Shown here: positions 63,427 through 64,000 of the stretch, piece by piece
Position numbering within the stretch: position 1 is the stretch's first letter
Layout: each line of letters starts with the position of its first letter
From: Podarcis pityusensis
Lineage: Eukaryota
Direction: 5' to 3' (one strand)
DNA: 64,000 nucleotides
Assembly: GCA_964106645.2 (NCBI GenBank)
Contig: OZ067051.1
Notes under the pieces: generated by a model
The model's database searches: none
The model's input: only the letters and a program-made list of their open reading frames with translations
What the model was told of the DNA's origin: nothing
Translations under genes and position numbers: made by a program

Positions 63427-64000
63427 GCCTAACTGTTACTTCCTCTCCCTCTGGTGGCCTTCACAACTCCCATGTAAGTGTAAAATTTGGTTCACCACCT
63501 GCGGCTATTCCTAGACTGGGATAGCCTGGCCTCAGTCCATGCTCTAGTAACCTCCCTCTTGGACTACTACAGTGTACTCTACATAAGACTGCCTTTGAAC
63601 ACTGTCCAGAAACTGCAGCTAGAGTAGAACACAGTAGTTGGTGAAGGGGGCAGTCTGATGGGATTATGTGTCATGAGTCCTGAAAGCACTGCATGTCTTA
63701 ATGTTTTAAAATCATTTCACTTACTTTAATTGCATTGTTTTTCTGCCTCGTTTGCTGCCCTGGGTTGCTTTGGGAGAAAGGGCAGTGTAGAAACTTAATG
63801 AATAGAGTTTGTTGGCCTTGGTTTGGAATATTTTTAAGTTTAATTAACACTAATTAAAAAGGAGCACACTACAGTGATTTTCTTATGATTAACTGAAATT
63901 ATCTGAGCATATTTCAGCACACCAACCCCACCTTTGAGTCTTTATAGTAGGTCCATAAATTAGAAACAAAAAGCAATCCAAATCAGGGAGCAAATAAAAC

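Noticed and set aside
1-64000. CRISPR arrays, rRNA, tRNA genes or prokaryote-type systems
   Set aside because: Eukaryotic intron-exon DNA with no regularly spaced repeats; tRNA-like boxes occur only as SINE heads.

Overview
Vertebrate genomic DNA from a squamate reptile, probably a lacertid lizard (inferred from the Sauria SINEs and the hAT/Tc1-mariner MITE content). On the + strand it carries the last two coding exons of CGNL1 (654-817 and 1385-1517). These are followed by a complete 13-exon MYZAP gene: CpG-island promoter at ~11.8-12.6 kb, ATG at 12252, stop at 58125, spliced ORF of 1488 nt = 495 aa, all introns GT-AG and phase-compatible. The order fits the conserved CGNL1-MYZAP-(POLR2M) synteny; POLR2M is not in the window. 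Almost all entries in the ORF track are spurious. The rest is introns and intergenic DNA rich in TEs (L1, L2, CR1, RTE, Penelope fragments, Sauria SINEs, MITEs), several of them nested and with clear TSDs. There is one 131-N assembly gap. Main observations: (1) a 1.06-kb composite hAT element with a perfect 8-bp TSD, two right ends and ~850 bp of GC-rich cargo in MYZAP intron 1; (2) an intact minimal hammerhead-ribozyme motif in a Penelope-type repeat; (3) an L1 insertion that creates an in-frame consensus donor competing with the weak native MYZAP exon 7 donor; (4) a 23-aa C-terminal extension of MYZAP. I found no convincing new multi-gene system. Gene and repeat identities rest on recalled sequences, not database searches.
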